In this document: positions 59,844 through 64,000 of the stretch, one piece after another
How the letters are laid out: every line of letters starts with the position of its first letter
Position numbering within the stretch: position 1 is the stretch's first letter
Assembly: GCA_030295235.1 (NCBI GenBank)
Contig: AP026164.1
Span: 558,001 to 622,000 of the forward strand
Direction: 5' to 3'
DNA: 64,000 bases
Origin: Fistulifera solaris
Taxonomy: Eukaryota
Position numbers and translations under genes: made by a program
The notes under the pieces: generated by a model
The model's database searches: none
What the model was told of the DNA's origin: nothing
What the model saw: the letters and a program-made list of their open reading frames with translations, nothing else

Positions 59844-61536
59844 ATGGCTTCTTCTGAAGACATTCTTCAACAGGCGGGGAGCTTGGGAAACCTGGACCGG
59901 TGAGTTCTGTGAAGCCGACTGTTACTTTCGAAGTCACCTCCCCCCTGGTCTTACTTTTTTTCTGACATTAGTCCGCAAATCTCCATCTTGGATTTTTGGT
60001 TCGCAGTATTCGCACCTTATTGCACGTCGCGTCCGTGAACTTAATCTCTATTGCGAGCTGTATTCTTGCCAGGTCTCAGCGGAAGAGCTCGGTAAACACG
60101 AAATCACAGCCATCATTCTTTCCGGAGGACCTTCTTCCGTGTACGATGAAGGGGCTCCTCACGTTCGAAAGGAAGTATGGGACCTGATTAGTAGCCGACA
60201 GATACCGGTACTCGGAATTTGCTACGGAATGCAGGAGCTTGCTTACACATTCGGTGGGCACGTTCAGCCGGGTCTCAAGCATGAGTATGGAAAGGCTCAT
60301 GTGCAACGCATTGACCCCAATCATACATCTCCATTGCTTCACAATATGCCTGATGACTTCGTCATGTGGATGTCACACGGCGATAAACTCGATAAAACAC
60401 CCGAAGGGTTCAAAGCAGTAGCCAAAACGAGCAACGCCGAGTTTGTCATCATGGAGAACATTGAGCAAAAGATGTGGGGATTGCAGTTTCACCCCGAGGT
60501 TACACATTCACCCCAGGGCAACATTATTCTTCGCAATTTCTGCATCGAAATCGCGGGTGCTAAACCGAACTGGATCATGACTGATTACGCTGCTGAATTC
60601 ATCGAGTCGGTCAGGAAGCAAGTTGGGGATGGGCATGTGATTGGTGCAGTAAGTGGTGGTGTAGATTCCACAGTGGCCGCCGTTCTCATGACCAGAGCTA
60701 TTGGTGATCGCTTCCATGCAGTCATGGTGGATAATGGATGCTTGCGTAAGGACGAGGCTGTTACGGTTGTCAAGCGACTCCGGGAAGATTGCCATGTAAA
60801 TCTGCGATGTGTCGACGCCTCGGAACGTTTTCTCGGCCTTTTAAAAGGGGTGACTGATCCAGAACAGAAGCGCAAGATTATTGGTCGTACTTTTATCGAT
60901 GTCTTCCAGGAAGAAGCAGATAAGATTCAAGCAGATAGTGGCAGATGCGACTATCTTCTTCAAGGTACTCTTTACCCGGATGTGATTGAAAGCATCTCTT
61001 ATAAGGGCCCATCGGCGACTATTAAAACACACCACAATGTTGGCGGCTTGCCAGCCACAATGAAATTGAAACTAATTGAGCCCCTTCGTGAGTTGTTTAA
61101 AGACGAAGTGCGTGCTTTGGGTATCGCTTTGGGTATCGAAGAGAATAGTGTTTGGCGCCATCCGTTCCCTGGTCCGGGATTGGCCATCCGTATTCTTGGC
61201 GAAGTGACGGCAGAACGTGTCAAGATTTTACAAGAAGCAGATGCAATCATGATTGAAGAACTTCATAAGGCGGGACATTACCGCGCCATTGGACAGGCAT
61301 TCGTTGTGCTCTTGCCGGTTAAGAGCGTGGGTGTAATGGGAGATGGTCGGACCTACGAGGACGTCGCCGCAATCCGGTGCGTCGAGACGACTGATTATAT
61401 GACTGCGGACTTCTATCATTTACCTTACGAGGTGATGGGAGCTATGTCAAGCAGAATCATTAACGAGGTTCGTGGAATCAATCGCGTCTGCTACGACATC
61501 AGTTCGAAACCCCCTGCTACTATTGAATGGGAATAG
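59844..61536 (+). CDS. guaA: GMP synthase (glutamine-hydrolysing)
   Basis: ILDFGSQY, SGGPSSV, GICYGMQ, QFHPEV, SGGVDS, QGTLYPDVIES, KPPATIEWE; intron 59900-59971; extra T at ~59995. Confidence 0.97.
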
Positions 61537-61644
61537 TCAAGTAGCGTAAATAACACGTAAAGTATTCACTAAGTGTCGCCACTATGGATAGCAAAGCACG
61601 ACAAAAGTCAATTTTGACTTTCGAACACAACGTTGTTCATATTC

Positions 61645-62917
61645 TTAGCCACCGCGTGTGTTGTTGGGAGGTGCGGACCCATTGTCATTTGAATTCGATC
61701 TACCAACAATTGCGTCTGGTCCTGAACTAATAACTTCTTCCACGACTGTATTAAAGGATCGACAGGTTGCAACTGGGCATTGAATACCAAGAAAGTGCCA
61801 TTGACAATTGTGTGATTTCACTTCGCAATCGTTGCACATGATAGTGACAATACGCTGTAAGTCTGCCGGCATGGGATGCTCCGCAATGTCACGAGCTCTG
61901 GCTTCCCAGGCCGCGGCCATCGATTGCTGACTGACCACTGTCTTTTTTGCAGATAGGGCACCGATAATCGAACCCCGCTAGCTTACGGAAGCAGTGAGCA
62001 TGAATGGCGTGTCCGCAGGGCAAGTCCTGCGGCGATTGTCGAGAGGAAAACATATCTTCTCGACAAACGGGGCAGTTGTTTTTGTATTTGTCTTTTAAGC
62101 ATTGATGTGTTTCAAAGACTGTGACGGAAATGCACATGCAGCACTGGTCACAATGACGAAAGGATTCCATTCCGCCCACGCGGCAGAAACCACATTGATC
62201 GCAATGGAAGGGCTTTTTACCCTGTATGCAAATGCGTTAGCAACTACAATTTCAACATTTCAAAGTGAGAATTGACCAGTAGTTCTTACCAGTGACATCC
62301 ATAGATTACAGATTCCACAATGATATTCTCCGAATATTGTGTGACAACTCGTGCACTGGTTTCTGCAAAAGAAGAGCGAAGAAAGTGTCAGAGAATGGTA
62401 ACTTCTTTTCATTTTTATCAATCGATTTTACTTACGTCGCCGCTTGTCTCACGTTACAATTCTTACACACCACCTCACGAATTAAGAAACGATTCAACGG
62501 CGGATGACCCGGAGGACTCAATTCATCATGACATATCCGGCAACCGAACACTCGGTTACAGCAAGGGGCTACAATGTTGCAATTTCTCTCGTAATGCACA
62601 CACGCCGCACTCGCTTCTTGCGCAGGCAAGACCGGAGCCGGAGCGGGAGTCTGTATCGTGCGATTGCCCGTCATGAGTGACTGAATGCGAAATCGTTTTT
62701 CATCCGCACTTAACGAAGTATCGGCCATGACCGCTTGAATAGCACGTCTTCTCGCGACAGCGGCATCTTCTTCTGCTGGAACAGGAGGAGTAGTGACATC
62801 ATCCATGTCGTTCCCGTCTTCCATCGCGTCTTCGTCGTCGGAGAGATCATCCTCGTCGTTCGCACTGTGGTCGTCCATATCCATATCTTCGTCGCGAAAG
62901 TCGTCGTCGTGATCCAT
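61645..62917 (-). CDS. RCHY1: RING finger and CHY zinc-finger E3 ligase (Pirh2-like)
   Basis: CHY (CVHYERNC...APCC...CRICHD), CTCHY, RING-H2 (CPVCRED...LPCGHAIHAHC...CPIC), zinc ribbon (CNDC..HFLG..C..C.SFNT); several short introns. Confidence 0.9.
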
Positions 62918-63321
62918 CTTTCTGTTCGTTTGAAAGAAATGTATGAGAGCAAACTGTGTCGGTAAACAAAGATTCTTTCTGAGTCTTCTTTAGCAAAGAA
63001 GGGTGAATGCGATTACGTTTTTACATAAACCAAACGATGACTGATTTCCTTCATCTGCTGCTGCTGCGTCGATGTGTGACACTGGGGATGACGGCGGCGG
63101 GAGACTTCCGTTAGGTCTCCAACCAGGGTGAACCTCTTCCGATAGCTCTCCCGTTAGGAGAGACGTTAACTGACTACATTCAACTTTACAGTAGAGTACG
63201 CGCCATTGGATGTGGTACTAATTACTTAGAATCTACTTAGGTTGCTCGATAAAGTAACAAAGCCTTATGAATGACAGTCCCGGATGATTCATGAATCACC
63301 CCTCTAAGATAACCAAATCCT

Positions 63322-63475
63322 CAATAAACAATAGTCAGCGAGCGCGACCGCTCTTGATAAAGAAAAAGTCAGCGAGCGCGACCGCTCTCAATTGTCAATA
63401 AAGAAAAACCAGCCTACGTGACCCTGATGCAGCGAGCGACCTTCCAATAAAGAAAAACCCAGCCTACGTGACCTT
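63322..63475. repeat. Cluster of short direct repeats
   Basis: agtcagcgagcgcgaccgctct twice (63333, 63367) and caataaagaaaaacc(c)agcctacgtgacc twice (63396, 63445). Confidence 0.85.
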
Positions 63476-63592
63476 CCACCGATCAAGGCTTTCGTCGAAA
63501 ACTACTTCGTGTAAATAATCAAAACCCAATCTACACAATTTCAGTTTCAAACTAGACTTGGTTGATTAATATCACACATTACTCTATACGTG

Positions 63593-64000
63593 TCATTCAG
63601 CCAATTGAAACATAACATCAAATACAAAAGGTCGGAGATCATCTCCGACTCCAATCTCCGAAATAGAGTCAAGGAACCATGTCCTCTCATTGAGGGCACG
63701 TCGACCATGTTTCAGAATTGTCGCCGCATAAAAACATACATATGGTCCGCAACTATGGCCATCATGTTGCAATAGTTTATTGGGAAGACGCATTTCTTGG
63801 TATTCCCACGGTAATCGGGTAATGTTGATTCCTGCTGCTCGCTTGTTGACGGCATTCTAATTGCTGCCTCACCGCACGCAATTTAAATAAACCTGAAAGC
63901 CAGACAGCATTAGAGTAGTGATCGTCCGGATCTTCGAGGGAGTCGAGCGAATAAATAACTCGATTATCGGCATCAACCACCATCAACCACCAGTGCCTCT
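63593..64000 (-). CDS. Ulp1/C48 cysteine protease domain, partial; runs off window end
   Basis: HWWLMVVD...YSLDSL and, after an indel near 63790, LQHDGHSCGPYVCFYA: catalytic His, Asp, Gln and Cys. Confidence 0.8.

Overview
Gene-dense eukaryotic DNA, most likely a diatom or other stramenopile (inferred from short 60-110 bp GT-AG introns, compact intergenic spacers and gene content). Recognisable genes: a partial phytol/farnesol-kinase-like gene, UPF1, a PTEN/C2-formin with nine near-identical 177-bp CCDC53-like repeats, a membrane-anchored bacterial-type alpha/beta hydrolase, a Zn-finger FAD monooxygenase, an Lsm10/SmD1-like protein, an HSA-degenerate SNF2-SANT (p400/EAF1-like) protein, a pepsin-like protease, TMEM70-like, PP2C, ankyrin, ECD/SGT1, head-to-head fumarase and ornithine aminotransferase, LAMTOR1-like, PhzF-like, DNMT2, U2SURP, GMP synthase, RCHY1 and a partial Ulp1 protease. 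Mobile and repeat content: a complete, very young Ty3/Gypsy element (identical 196-bp LTRs, CTGCG target-site duplication, non-canonical PBS), a 568-bp TIR element (MITE), a ~1.8-kb dispersed duplication whose ~0.5-kb core looks like a structured RNA, and a decayed partial DNMT2 copy. Many conserved genes are broken by single-base indels, mostly in homopolymers; these are most likely long-read assembly errors, so split ORFs are merged into gene calls. All homology calls are by motif recognition from memory; no searches were run.
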